Source: Synechococcus sp. A15-28
GTDB lineage: Bacteria; Cyanobacteriota; Cyanobacteriia; PCC-6307; Cyanobiaceae
DNA length: 32,000 bases
Assembly: GCF_014280175.1 (NCBI RefSeq)
Contig: NZ_CP047931.1
Location: 990,001-1,022,000, forward strand
Direction: 5' to 3'
The translations under genes were made by a program, and so were the position numbers. Shown here piece after piece: positions 1 through 8,652 of this stretch; position 1 is the stretch's first letter, and each line of letters opens with the position of its first letter. The notes beneath the pieces were generated by a model, which made no database searches, had not been told where the DNA came from, and worked only from the letters and a program-made list of their open reading frames with translations.

Positions 1-1039
1 CGCTGGTCTGGCGGCCATGGGCGATCTGGCCACGGAATTTGGCCCGCGCCAGGGTCAGGTCGTCCTCGCTGAGGGGCTGGCTGCGCAACTCCTGCCAGCT
101 CTGGTGCAGGAGAGACAAGCTGAGCTCAGCACGTTCGGCGCTGCTGGAGGCATGCAGGACGAACGGCGAAGCTCCAGCTCGCGCCGGGTGATGCGCACCG
201 ACGTCGTAGGCCACACCATGGTCCTCCCGCAGTCGTCGGAACAGCAGGCTCGACATGCCTGAGCCCAGATGGCACTGCAGCAGACGCAGGGCCAGGTCAT
301 CCGGGTGGCCATGGGGGCAGCAGGGTTGGCCCAGCATCATCACCACCTGCTCGGTGTCGATGGATTGCATGATCAGATCGCCCTCTGCGCCGGGCATCCA
401 GTGCACCGGTGGAGGCGGTGGAGCCTCGTCGGTGTCGTGCCAGCCCTCTCCGGTCCGGTTCAGCAGTGTGTCGTCCAGGCTGGAGGACCAGGTTCCGCTG
501 AGGGCCAGTACGGAACGACCCGATGTCAGCTGTGCGGCCAGGGCCCGAAGAGCGCCCTCATCCAGTTGCTGCAGGTCATCGATCACACCGAGCGGATCAT
601 GGCCGTAGCCCGTGTCGCCGTAGACCAGCCGCCGCCATTGATCGATCGCCAGTTGAAAGGGATCCTCCCGTTGGCGTTGCAGGGCCTGCACACTTAAGGA
701 TCGCTCCAGTTCCAGTTGTTCCGTTGCCAGATGGGGTGCTGTGACCATCCAGTCGAGCAACGGCATCAACTCCTGGGCGTCTTCGCTGGTGCAGCGAAGG
801 CTGATCAGCAACCCGTCTTCGTTGGCGTCGCTGCGCAGTCCGGCCCCTCTCCCTTCCACCAGATCCGCCAGCTGGCGGTGGTCGTACGGTCCGCAACCGC
901 GGCTGAGGGTGGCCGCCAGCAGCTGATGGGCACCACGCTGGCCGACACCGTCTGTGGCGCTTCCCCAGGGCAGCAGCAGCTTTGCCGCCAACACCCCTGG
1001 GGTGGTGATTCGATCAACGATCAACTCCGGGATGGCCAT
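1..1039 (-). CDS. M16 family peptidase-like protein, non-catalytic-type subunit; C-terminus truncated by left window edge
   Basis: Hand translation of the minus strand from ATG at 1039 (TGATG overlap with the upstream gene's stop) gives [48 protein letters not shown]..., with a later SSLLFRRLREDHGVAYDVGVHH typical of the M16 C-terminal domain. Absent from the ORF track because no stop lies inside the window. Confidence 0.88.
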   Translation of the reverse strand, partial: MAIPELIVDRITTPGVLAAKLLLPWGSATDGVGQRGAHQLLAATLSRGCGPYDHRQLADLVEGRGAGLRSDANEDGLLISLRCTSEDAQELMPLLDWMVTAPHLATEQLELERSLSVQALQRQREDPFQLAIDQWRRLVYGDTGYGHDPLGVIDDLQQLDEGALRALAAQLTSGRSVLALSGTWSSSLDDTLLNRTGEGWHDTDEAPPPPPVHWMPGAEGDLIMQSIDTEQVVMMLGQPCCPHGHPDDLALRLLQCHLGSGMSSLLFRRLREDHGVAYDVGAHHPARAGASPFVLHASSSAERAELSLSLLHQSWQELRSQPLSEDDLTLARAKFRGQIAHGRQTS

Positions 1040-2313
1040 CAGCGTCGCCCCGCCGGAGTTGCGATCAGGCGGCAGGCCCAATCGGGCCGAAGGAGCGGCA
1101 CCAATTCCGTCGACAGCCGATCTTCACTCCAGGTCTGCAGATGCTGCAGGGGTTGCAGCAGCTCCTGCGGGCGATCCCACAAGGTCTGGCTGGCCGCCTG
1201 GGCTGCCACCTGCCCCACCGATTCCAGGGCGTAACGCAAACCGTTGCCGACTAGCTGGCGGCCACGCATCAGTTCCGCGGCTGAAAAGGGGGCCGCCTGC
1301 TCAAGTTGCTCATGAACCGTCGCCTCCACCTGCTCAAGGTCCTCGGGTTCACAGCTGATCTCCAGGGTCATCAGGCAGCCCTGTTCCAGAACACTAAGGT
1401 CCATGTCCACGCTTTCGGCGATCCGCAGCTCCTCCCGGAGCCTGGCCACAAGACGACTGCGTCGCCCCTCCCCCAGCAGTGATGTGGCGAGATCAGCGCC
1501 CATCACCCAGGCCTGGTCGTGGGCGGGAGGACCGCTCCAGAGCATCAGCAATCGCGCTGATTCCAGGCGCGGAAGTTCGATGCTGTGGCGACCCGGCAGG
1601 AGCTTGAGTCCTGTTGGCTCAGCCGTCGGGTGCGCGTCTGACGGCAAATCCGCCAGGGCAGAGCTCTCGATCGTGGCTTTCAGCTCCCTGGCCTTCGGCC
1701 CGCTGATGGCGATGCAGCAATTCTGACCTCGGTAGCGGCGTCGATGGAACCGGCGCATCGCTTCGGGGTCCATGGCCAGAAGACTGGAGCGTTCCCCGAG
1801 GATGGGTCGTCCATAGGGGTGGTCCGGGCAGCCCTGCTTCAGAAGCTGTTGCAGGACCAGCTCATCCGGTTGATCGGCGTACTGGGCGATCTCCTCGAGT
1901 ACCACCTCCCGCTCCAGGCGAAAGGGCTCGTGCTCCAGGGCTGGGTGCAGCACCAAATCCAGCAGCAGTTCCAGGGCCTGCTGGCTCTGAGTGGGTGGAA
2001 TCAGCACATGGAAATGCACGTCGTCAAAGCCTGTGGCGGCATTGCTGCTGCCGCCGAGGGCCTCAATGGCGCGATCAAAGGCACCGGCCTCCAGCCGATC
2101 GCTTCCCTTGAACACCATGTGTTCCAGGAAGTGGGCCATCCCTTCCTCTCCAGCAACCTCCGTGAAGCTTCCGGCTCGACACCAGAGATCCAGGCAGGTG
2201 AGAGGAGCTTCGGGCATCTCCGCTGCCACGCAGCGAACTCCATTGGGGAGGGTCCAGTGGTCCAGCACCGGACCAGGCAACGAGGTGGTCAGAACTGCGT
2301 GGCAAAGTTCCAT
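1039..2313 (-). CDS. M16 family zinc metallopeptidase (processing protease-like)
   Basis: 424-aa ORF with [10 protein letters not shown] (HxxEH zinc motif) and downstream [19 protein letters not shown]. Confidence 0.93.
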   Translation of the reverse strand: MELCHAVLTTSLPGPVLDHWTLPNGVRCVAAEMPEAPLTCLDLWCRAGSFTEVAGEEGMAHFLEHMVFKGSDRLEAGAFDRAIEALGGSSNAATGFDDVHFHVLIPPTQSQQALELLLDLVLHPALEHEPFRLEREVVLEEIAQYADQPDELVLQQLLKQGCPDHPYGRPILGERSSLLAMDPEAMRRFHRRRYRGQNCCIAISGPKARELKATIESSALADLPSDAHPTAEPTGLKLLPGRHSIELPRLESARLLMLWSGPPAHDQAWVMGADLATSLLGEGRRSRLVARLREELRIAESVDMDLSVLEQGCLMTLEISCEPEDLEQVEATVHEQLEQAAPFSAAELMRGRQLVGNGLRYALESVGQVAAQAASQTLWDRPQELLQPLQHLQTWSEDRLSTELVPLLRPDWACRLIATPAGRR

Positions 2314-2331
2314 TCTGTTCCCCCCGGCTTG

Positions 2332-3075
2332 ATGCAGTCCCCGCCGTCCGAGTCTTCATCGACGGTTCCCCCCCTGATTCCCTCCCTGGCCGAGACGATT
2401 CGGGGCGCCTGGGTCGGCCTGCCGGATCTCAAACCGCTCGAGACCGAGACCGACTTCACGAGCATCGAGGGGCAACTGGAGGGGGATGACCTGCTCATCC
2501 GCAACGAGCTGCTCTGCTGCCGCGGAATTCGCAAGATCCATCTGGAGCTGGCCCGACTTGGTCGCGGGCTGCAGATCCTCCACTGCGTGTGGTTCCCGGA
2601 CCCTCGCTTTGATCTGCCGATCTTCGGCGCCGACATCGTGGCCGGTCCGGCAGGGGTCTCCGCTGCGATCGTGGATCTCTCGCCGGTGTCCACAGCGCTG
2701 CCGTTGGGCATTGAGACAGCCCTGGCGGGTCGTCCATGCCCGCCCTTTCGCCAGGTGCGAGATCTGCCTGGGTGGGGCACGATTTTCTCCCCTCATGTCT
2801 GTTTCATCCGACCGGATGGTCCCGAGGAGGAGGCGCTGTTCCGGTCTCGGGTTGAGGACGTGCTGGCGATTCTGCGAGCGGCTGTGCTCCAGGCAGCCTG
2901 CGAACCGACGACAGCGGCTTCTACGATCCGCCGTTATGAGGGACAACTGAACTATTGCCTCCAGCAGAAGCGCAACGACAAGACACGCCGGGTGCTGGAG
3001 AGAGCCTTCGACGCCTCCTGGGCCGACCGCTACATCGAAGAGTTGCTGTTCGACGACCCCACGCCCCTGGCCTGA
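2332..3075 (+). CDS. pcyA: Phycocyanobilin:ferredoxin oxidoreductase
   Basis: In-frame ATG at 2332 inside the longer ORF 1744..3075; translation [27 protein letters not shown]...[33 protein letters not shown]...[10 protein letters not shown] is a PcyA/bilin reductase signature. Confidence 0.95.
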   Translation: MQSPPSESSSTVPPLIPSLAETIRGAWVGLPDLKPLETETDFTSIEGQLEGDDLLIRNELLCCRGIRKIHLELARLGRGLQILHCVWFPDPRFDLPIFGADIVAGPAGVSAAIVDLSPVSTALPLGIETALAGRPCPPFRQVRDLPGWGTIFSPHVCFIRPDGPEEEALFRSRVEDVLAILRAAVLQAACEPTTAASTIRRYEGQLNYCLQQKRNDKTRRVLERAFDASWADRYIEELLFDDPTPLA

Positions 3076-3983
3076 ACCGCCGCTGGCATCGCTCCCGGTG
3101 GATCGGCCTTTGCGGGTTGGTTTTTGTTCTGATCGGCTGTGGTGGTGCTCAGGACACGGATCCGCCAGGGGACGCCTCAGCGTCCGCCTCAAGCACGACG
3201 GTCGTCCGTCCGGAAGCCGTTGCCGCTCTGGGGCAACTCGAGCCCGCCGGAGATGTGCGTCGGTTGGCGGCGCCCACGGCGGGGGTCGCTGGTACTCCCA
3301 GGATCGAGCAGCTGCTGGTGGACGAAGGGTCTGTGATTCGTCAGGGCCAGGTGCTGGCTCGCTTCGACACCAAAGCCGGTCTGGAGGCTGAACTGGCTGA
3401 AGTCGACGCTGATCTGGCGAGTCTCGACAACGAGATTGCTCTTCAGAAGCTGGAGGTGTCGCGGTTCTCCCGCGGTGCTGAATGGGGAGCTGTTGCCCTG
3501 GTACAACGCGAATCCAGCCGGGAGGATCTGGTTCGTCTCGAGGGTGAACAGGCACAGGCCCTGGCGCGGCGTCAGGGATTGCTGGTGGACCTGGAGGAGA
3601 GTGAACTCATCTCTCCCCTGGATGGTCTTGTCCTGGAGATTCATGCTCGAGAGGGTGAACGGCCCAGCAGTGATGGGGTGATGGATGTCGGAGCCAGCCA
3701 GCGGATGCAGGCACGGATCGAGGTCTATGAATCCGACATCGCCCAGATCCGCCTGGATCAGCCGGTGCAGTTGACCAGTGAGAACGGAGGTTTCGATGGG
3801 CAGCTCAGCGGTCGCGTCCTCCAGATCAGTCCCCGGGTGCAACAGCGCGATGTGCTGTCCACCGATCCCACCGGTGATGCCGATGCCCGTGTGGTGGAGG
3901 TGCTGGTGGCTCTCGATGACGCCGATGTCCGCCGGGTGATCCGTCTGGCCGGGCTGAAGGTTATCGCCCGGTTCCAGCCATGA
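2955..3983 (+). CDS. devB: HlyD/DevB-like periplasmic adaptor, probable lipoprotein; true start uncertain (mature coding clearly from about 3072 onward)
   Basis: Contains a lipobox-like [10 protein letters not shown], then [24 protein letters not shown]...[23 protein letters not shown], typical of the HlyD/DevB family; overlaps devC by ATGA. Confidence 0.8.
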   Translation: MPPAEAQRQDTPGAGESLRRLLGRPLHRRVAVRRPHAPGLNRRWHRSRWIGLCGLVFVLIGCGGAQDTDPPGDASASASSTTVVRPEAVAALGQLEPAGDVRRLAAPTAGVAGTPRIEQLLVDEGSVIRQGQVLARFDTKAGLEAELAEVDADLASLDNEIALQKLEVSRFSRGAEWGAVALVQRESSREDLVRLEGEQAQALARRQGLLVDLEESELISPLDGLVLEIHAREGERPSSDGVMDVGASQRMQARIEVYESDIAQIRLDQPVQLTSENGGFDGQLSGRVLQISPRVQQRDVLSTDPTGDADARVVEVLVALDDADVRRVIRLAGLKVIARFQP

Positions 3984-5149
3984 AGACGTTCTGGCAGGGA
4001 CGTCGGATTCCCCTGTCCTGGCTGTTGTTGTCCCGCCAGCCTGTTCGCCTTCTGGTGGCTCTGGCAGGAATCAGCTTCGCCGGGATCCTGATGTTCATGC
4101 AGCTGGGGTTTCGCGATGGTCTCTTTGACGCCAGCGTCACCGTGCACCGCCTGTTCGACGCCGATCTGGTGCTGATCAGTCCGCGCTCCGCCAGTTCCAT
4201 TCGGATGGCGGGCTTTCCCAGGCGCAGGCTGGTCCAGACCCTGGCCGACCCAGCGGTTGAGGGGGTGAGCCCGGTGCACTGGGGCCTGATGCTGTGGCGC
4301 AATCCGGAAACACGCCTGAACCGAGCGATCCTGGCGCTTGGCTTCAATCCGGATGATCCCTTCTTTGTCGATCCCAGCCTGTCGGAAAAGACCGAAGTCC
4401 TCAAGCAGAAGGGCAGGATCCTGTTTGATCAGCTGTCCCGTCCGGAATTCGGACCCATTGCCGACTGGTACCGGGAGGGTCGCACCGTCGAAACCGAGAT
4501 TGCCGGCAATCGCATCCGGGTGGAAGGTCTGGTGAGTCTCGGCACCAGCTTCGGGGCCGACGGGAACCTGCTCACCAGCACGGAGACCTTTCTGGACCTC
4601 TCGCCACAGAAGTCGCGCGGGGCCATCGAAGTCGGTCTGATCCGTCTGCGTCCGGGGGCGGATCCTCAGGACGTTGTGCAGAGGCTGCAGTTGAGGCTCC
4701 CTGACGACGTCAAAGTCCTCACCAAGCAGGGTTTCATTGACTTCGAAAAGAACTACTGGAAGAGCGGCACGTCGATCGGCTTCATCTTCACCCTCGGGGC
4801 CGCCATGGGGTTCGTGGTGGGTTGCGTGATCGTCTACCAGGTTCTCTACACAGACGTCAGTGACCATCTCCCGGAATACGCCACCTTGATGGCCATGGGC
4901 TATCGCCTCAGCCACCTGCTTGGTGTTGTGATGCGCGAGGGGTTCTACTTGGCCGTGATGGGGTACATCCCGGCCTATCTCGCCGGTGAGGGGCTGTACT
5001 GGTTTGTCCGCGACGCCACTCGCCTTCCGGTGGGTATGGATGCATCAAGGGCCCTCACCGTCGGCGGAATGATCCTGGTGATGTGCATGCTGTCCTCGCT
5101 GCTGGCGATGCGTCGGCTGGTGGATGCAGATCCCGCGGAGATCTTCTGA
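3980..5149 (+). CDS. devC: DevC-like ABC transporter permease (FtsX/MacB type)
   Basis: 389-aa [71 protein letters not shown]... with C-terminal membrane segments; start overlaps the devB stop. Confidence 0.9.
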   Translation: MKTFWQGRRIPLSWLLLSRQPVRLLVALAGISFAGILMFMQLGFRDGLFDASVTVHRLFDADLVLISPRSASSIRMAGFPRRRLVQTLADPAVEGVSPVHWGLMLWRNPETRLNRAILALGFNPDDPFFVDPSLSEKTEVLKQKGRILFDQLSRPEFGPIADWYREGRTVETEIAGNRIRVEGLVSLGTSFGADGNLLTSTETFLDLSPQKSRGAIEVGLIRLRPGADPQDVVQRLQLRLPDDVKVLTKQGFIDFEKNYWKSGTSIGFIFTLGAAMGFVVGCVIVYQVLYTDVSDHLPEYATLMAMGYRLSHLLGVVMREGFYLAVMGYIPAYLAGEGLYWFVRDATRLPVGMDASRALTVGGMILVMCMLSSLLAMRRLVDADPAEIF

Positions 5150-5829
5150 TGGCCTCCGTTGAGCTTCAAAACCTCAGCCATGCCTTCGGTCGTGGTGAGA
5201 TGCGGCGGCAGGTGCTGCAGGAGATCAGTCTCACGATTGACCCCGGTGAGGTGGTGCTGCTGACGGGACCCTCCGGGTGCGGCAAGACCACACTGCTGAC
5301 CCTGATCGGAGCCTTGCGCACGGTGCAGTCCGGTGAAGTCACCGTGCTCGGCCATCGTCTCGATGGGGCCGGCCGGCGCCAGCGGCAGCAGGTGCGCCGT
5401 GGCATCGGCATGATCTTTCAGGGCCACAACCTGTTGCGCTGCCTCACCGCTGAACAGAACGTTCAGATGGGGGCTGATCTTCTGCCAGGACTCGGCTATC
5501 GCGCTCGACGGGATGAGGCTCGGCACTGGCTGCGCTCCGTCGGCCTGGAGGATCAGATGGGCAAACTGCCCCATGACCTGTCCGGTGGTCAGAAGCAGCG
5601 GGTGGCCATCGCCCGCGCCCTTGCCGCCCATCCACGGCTCCTGTTGGCGGACGAGCCGACGGCTGCCCTTGATGGGGCCACCGGGCGCGAGGTGGTGGAA
5701 CTGTTGCGGCGACTGGCGCGGGATCAGTCCTGTGCTGTGCTGATGGTGACCCACGATCCACGCATTCTGGATGTGGCGGACCGGTTGCTGCGCATGGAGG
5801 ACGGATGCCTGCTTCCGGCAGAGCAGTAA
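5149..5829 (+). CDS. devA: DevA/LolD-like ABC transporter ATP-binding protein
   Basis: Walker A GPSGCGKTT, signature LSGGQKQRVAIARAL, Walker B LLLADEPTAALD; ATG at 5149 overlaps the devC TGA. Confidence 0.92.
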   Translation: MASVELQNLSHAFGRGEMRRQVLQEISLTIDPGEVVLLTGPSGCGKTTLLTLIGALRTVQSGEVTVLGHRLDGAGRRQRQQVRRGIGMIFQGHNLLRCLTAEQNVQMGADLLPGLGYRARRDEARHWLRSVGLEDQMGKLPHDLSGGQKQRVAIARALAAHPRLLLADEPTAALDGATGREVVELLRRLARDQSCAVLMVTHDPRILDVADRLLRMEDGCLLPAEQ

Positions 5830-5861
5830 TGTGTTGGGGATTGCCACGTTGTTGACACCGG

Positions 5862-6017
5862 ATGGCCAAGCGCAGAAATCTCAAGAAGGAAAAGCAGGAG
5901 CGCAACCGCGCTTACGCGCGCAAGTTCAAGAAGCGCAAGCTGCGCACGGATGGCCGCGGCGAGGGTGCTGGTAACGGCGTCACCGGTACTGCAAACAACG
6001 GTGGCGCAGCCGACTGA
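5862..6017 (+). CDS. Small highly basic conserved-type hypothetical protein (51 aa)
   Basis: Direct translation ATG 5862 to TGA 6015-6017: MAKRRNLKKEKQERNRAYARKFKKRKLRTDGRGEGAGNGVTGTANNGGAAD. Below the ORF-track length cut-off; followed by a terminator. Confidence 0.75.
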   Translation: MAKRRNLKKEKQERNRAYARKFKKRKLRTDGRGEGAGNGVTGTANNGGAAD

Positions 6018-6044
6018 TTTCAGACCATCACACGATTGATCTGG

Positions 6045-6068
6045 GGGGCCTCAAGCCCCTCTTTTTAT
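6045..6068 (+). terminator. Rho-independent terminator downstream of the small basic protein gene
   Basis: GGGGC-CTCAA-GCCCC stem-loop followed by TCTTTTTAT. Confidence 0.75.
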
Positions 6069-6109
6069 TGCTTTTAGGCTGAATCATTCCCACCACTCCG
6101 GTTGCTGCG

Positions 6110-7042
6110 ATGTTCGTCAGCGTCGTTATCCCGACCTACAACCGCCGGCCGATTCTTGAGAAGTGCCTGCTGGCCTTGGAGCAGCAGCAAGCTTGTCCAT
6201 TGATCGACCGCTACGAGGTGGTGGTGGTGGACGACGGATCCACCGACGGCACCCCCGATTGGCTTCGTCAGAACGCGACGCGCTTCCCCCATGTGCGGCT
6301 GATTGAGCAATCCCATGGCGGTCCAGCTGAGGGGCGAAACCGCGGCGTGGATCACGCCCAAGGTGATGTGATCGTCTTCATCGACAGTGATCTGGTGGTC
6401 ACGGACAGCTTTCTGTCCTGTCACGCCGGCAGCCTTGTCAGCAGCTGGGCTGAGCGCGGCGACCGCCTCTGCTTCACCTACGGGGCCGTGGTCAACACAG
6501 CCAACTTCGAGCAGCCCACGGCTGAACGGCACAAGCTGCGGGATCTGTCCTGGGCCTATTTCGCGACGGGCAACGTCGCCATCGACAAGGAGGTGTTGCA
6601 GCGTGCCGGCTTGTTCGACACCGGATTCCGGCTCTATGGCTGGGAGGACCTTGAACTGGGCGAGCGGTTACGCCGCATGGGAGTGAAGCTGATCAAATGT
6701 CCTGCTGCGGTCGGATACCACTGGCATCCGGCCCTCACCCTTGACCAGATTCCGCGATTGATCCAGGTGGAAGGGGAACGGGCCCGCATGGGACTGGTGT
6801 TCTTCCGCAAACATCCGACGCGCCGGGTGCGGTTCATCATTCAGTTCACCTGGTTGCATCGACTGTTGTGGGAGCTGCTCACCCTGGGCGGTCTGATCAA
6901 CGAGCGCAGCCTGCGGCCCCTGTTGCGCTGGCTGATTCGTCGTGGTTACCCCGGTACGGCCATGGAGCTTCTGCGTCTTCCTCTCAACCGCATCGGTGTC
7001 CGTGCCCTGTTTCAGGAAGCTCGCCTGGCGGGCTTGCGCTGA
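6110..7042 (+). CDS. Glycosyltransferase family 2
   Basis: MFVSVVIPTYNRRPILEKCL...EVVVVDDGSTDGTPDWL...VIVFIDSDLVV...GWEDLELGERLRRMG, a typical GT-A/GT2 pattern. Confidence 0.92.
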   Translation: MFVSVVIPTYNRRPILEKCLLALEQQQACPLIDRYEVVVVDDGSTDGTPDWLRQNATRFPHVRLIEQSHGGPAEGRNRGVDHAQGDVIVFIDSDLVVTDSFLSCHAGSLVSSWAERGDRLCFTYGAVVNTANFEQPTAERHKLRDLSWAYFATGNVAIDKEVLQRAGLFDTGFRLYGWEDLELGERLRRMGVKLIKCPAAVGYHWHPALTLDQIPRLIQVEGERARMGLVFFRKHPTRRVRFIIQFTWLHRLLWELLTLGGLINERSLRPLLRWLIRRGYPGTAMELLRLPLNRIGVRALFQEARLAGLR

Positions 7043-7180
7043 TCGACCTTTTGATACCGTCTAAGGGTCCTTTCACACCGCACACCTGCCCGTTTCGGGT
7101 GCATGTGACACCGCCAAGAGCCCTCGGGCCGAGCTGTGTTCATCCCTGGCAGGTGGAGGCGAACCCGAAACCCTCAAACC

Positions 7181-7900
7181 ATGGCTGTTGTCACCCTCGC
7201 CGAGATGATGGAGGCGGGTGCCCACTTTGGGCACCAAACCCGTCGTTGGAACCCCAAAATGTCGCGCTACATCTACTGCGCGCGTAATGGTGTCCACATC
7301 ATCGACCTCGTGCAGACCGCCGTCTGCATGAACAACGCCTACAAGTGGACGCGCTCTGCTGCCCGGAGCGGCAAGCGCTTCCTTTTTGTCGGCACCAAGA
7401 AGCAGGCCTCTGAAGTGATTGCCCTCGAGGCTGCCCGCTGCGGGGCTGCCTATGTGAACCAGCGCTGGCTGGGCGGCATGCTCACCAACTGGACCACGAT
7501 GAAAGCCCGGATCGATCGACTCAAGGATCTGGAGCGGATGGAGTCCAGCGGTGCCATCGCGATGCGCCCCAAAAAGGAGGGTGCTGTGTTGCGGCGCGAG
7601 CTGGAACGCCTCCAGAAATATCTGGGTGGCCTGAAAACCATGCGTCGCCTTCCTGACGTCGTGGTGCTGGTGGATCAGCGCCGTGAGTCCAACGCCGTCC
7701 TCGAGGCCCGCAAGCTGGATATTCCTTTGGTTTCCATGCTGGATACCAACTGCGATCCGGATCTCTGTGAGGTGCCCATTCCCTGCAATGACGACGCCGT
7801 GCGTTCGGTGCAGCTGGTGTTGGGGCGTCTCGCTGATGCCATCAACGAAGGCCGTCACGGCAATAACGAACAGCGCGGCGGCGACGACGCCGAAGGCTGA
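7181..7900 (+). CDS. rpsB: 30S ribosomal protein S2
   Basis: [46 protein letters not shown]..., canonical S2 N-terminus; in-frame ATG at 7181 within ORF 7136..7900. Confidence 0.97.
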   Translation: MAVVTLAEMMEAGAHFGHQTRRWNPKMSRYIYCARNGVHIIDLVQTAVCMNNAYKWTRSAARSGKRFLFVGTKKQASEVIALEAARCGAAYVNQRWLGGMLTNWTTMKARIDRLKDLERMESSGAIAMRPKKEGAVLRRELERLQKYLGGLKTMRRLPDVVVLVDQRRESNAVLEARKLDIPLVSMLDTNCDPDLCEVPIPCNDDAVRSVQLVLGRLADAINEGRHGNNEQRGGDDAEG

Positions 7901-7987
7901 GGTTCCCTGAACCGCTAAGTTCACGCCGCCGTCCCGCGTTTGTGGGTCGGCGGTGCTTCATGTTCCCTTCCCCGACTTCTACGAACG

Positions 7988-8647
7988 ATGGCAGCCGTAT
8001 CCGCCAAGCTTGTCAAAGACCTGCGCGACAAGACCGGCGCGGGAATGATGGATTGCAAGAAGGCCCTGGCGGCCACCGATGGTGACCCCAACAAGGCGGT
8101 CGAGTGGTTGCGTCAGAAGGGCATCGCCAGCGCTGAGAAGAAGTCCGGGCGCACGGCTGCCGAAGGCGCCATCGGCAGCTACATCCACACCGGTGCACGG
8201 GTTGGTGTGTTGATCGAAATCAACTGCGAGACCGACTTCGTGGCCCGCGGCGACATGTTCCAGGAGCTGTTGCGGGATGTTTCGATGCAGGTGGCGGCTT
8301 GCCCCAACGTCGAATACGTCACCACCGACGACATCCCCAACGAGATCCGGGAGCGGGAGAAAGCCATCGAAATGGGTCGCGACGATCTGGACGGCAAGCC
8401 GGAGCAGATGAAGGAAAAGATCGTTGAAGGCCGCATCGGCAAGCGTCTGAAGGAGCTTGCTCTGATGGAGCAGCCCTTCATCAAGGACAGCTCGATCACG
8501 GTGGCTGAGCTGGTGAAGCAGACCGCCGGCAAGATCGGCGAAAACGTCAAGGTCCGTCGCTTTACGCGCTACACCCTTGGGGAGGGTATTGAGGTCGAGG
8601 AGTCCGATTTCGCCGCTGAAGTCGCCTCCATGCAGGCTGCTTCCTGA
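7988..8647 (+). CDS. tsf: Translation elongation factor Ts
   Basis: [45 protein letters not shown]...[11 protein letters not shown]; directly downstream of rpsB. Confidence 0.97.
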   Translation: MAAVSAKLVKDLRDKTGAGMMDCKKALAATDGDPNKAVEWLRQKGIASAEKKSGRTAAEGAIGSYIHTGARVGVLIEINCETDFVARGDMFQELLRDVSMQVAACPNVEYVTTDDIPNEIREREKAIEMGRDDLDGKPEQMKEKIVEGRIGKRLKELALMEQPFIKDSSITVAELVKQTAGKIGENVKVRRFTRYTLGEGIEVEESDFAAEVASMQAAS

Positions 8648-8652
8648 TCCAG

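Noticed and set aside
1744-2331. Upstream N-terminal extension of the 443-aa plus-strand ORF
   Set aside because: Only residues from ATG 2332 match PcyA; the rest is antisense to the M16 peptidase and is an accidental open frame.
2356-3555. 399-aa minus-strand ORF
   Set aside because: Antisense to pcyA and the HlyD-like gene; low-complexity Arg/Pro-rich shadow translation.
3758-4915. 385-aa minus-strand ORF
   Set aside because: Antisense to the DevC-like permease; no recognisable domain.
4975-5847. 290-aa minus-strand ORF
   Set aside because: Antisense to the DevA-like ATPase, which has intact Walker A/B and signature motifs.
7073-7924. 283-aa minus-strand ORF
   Set aside because: Shadow of rpsB.
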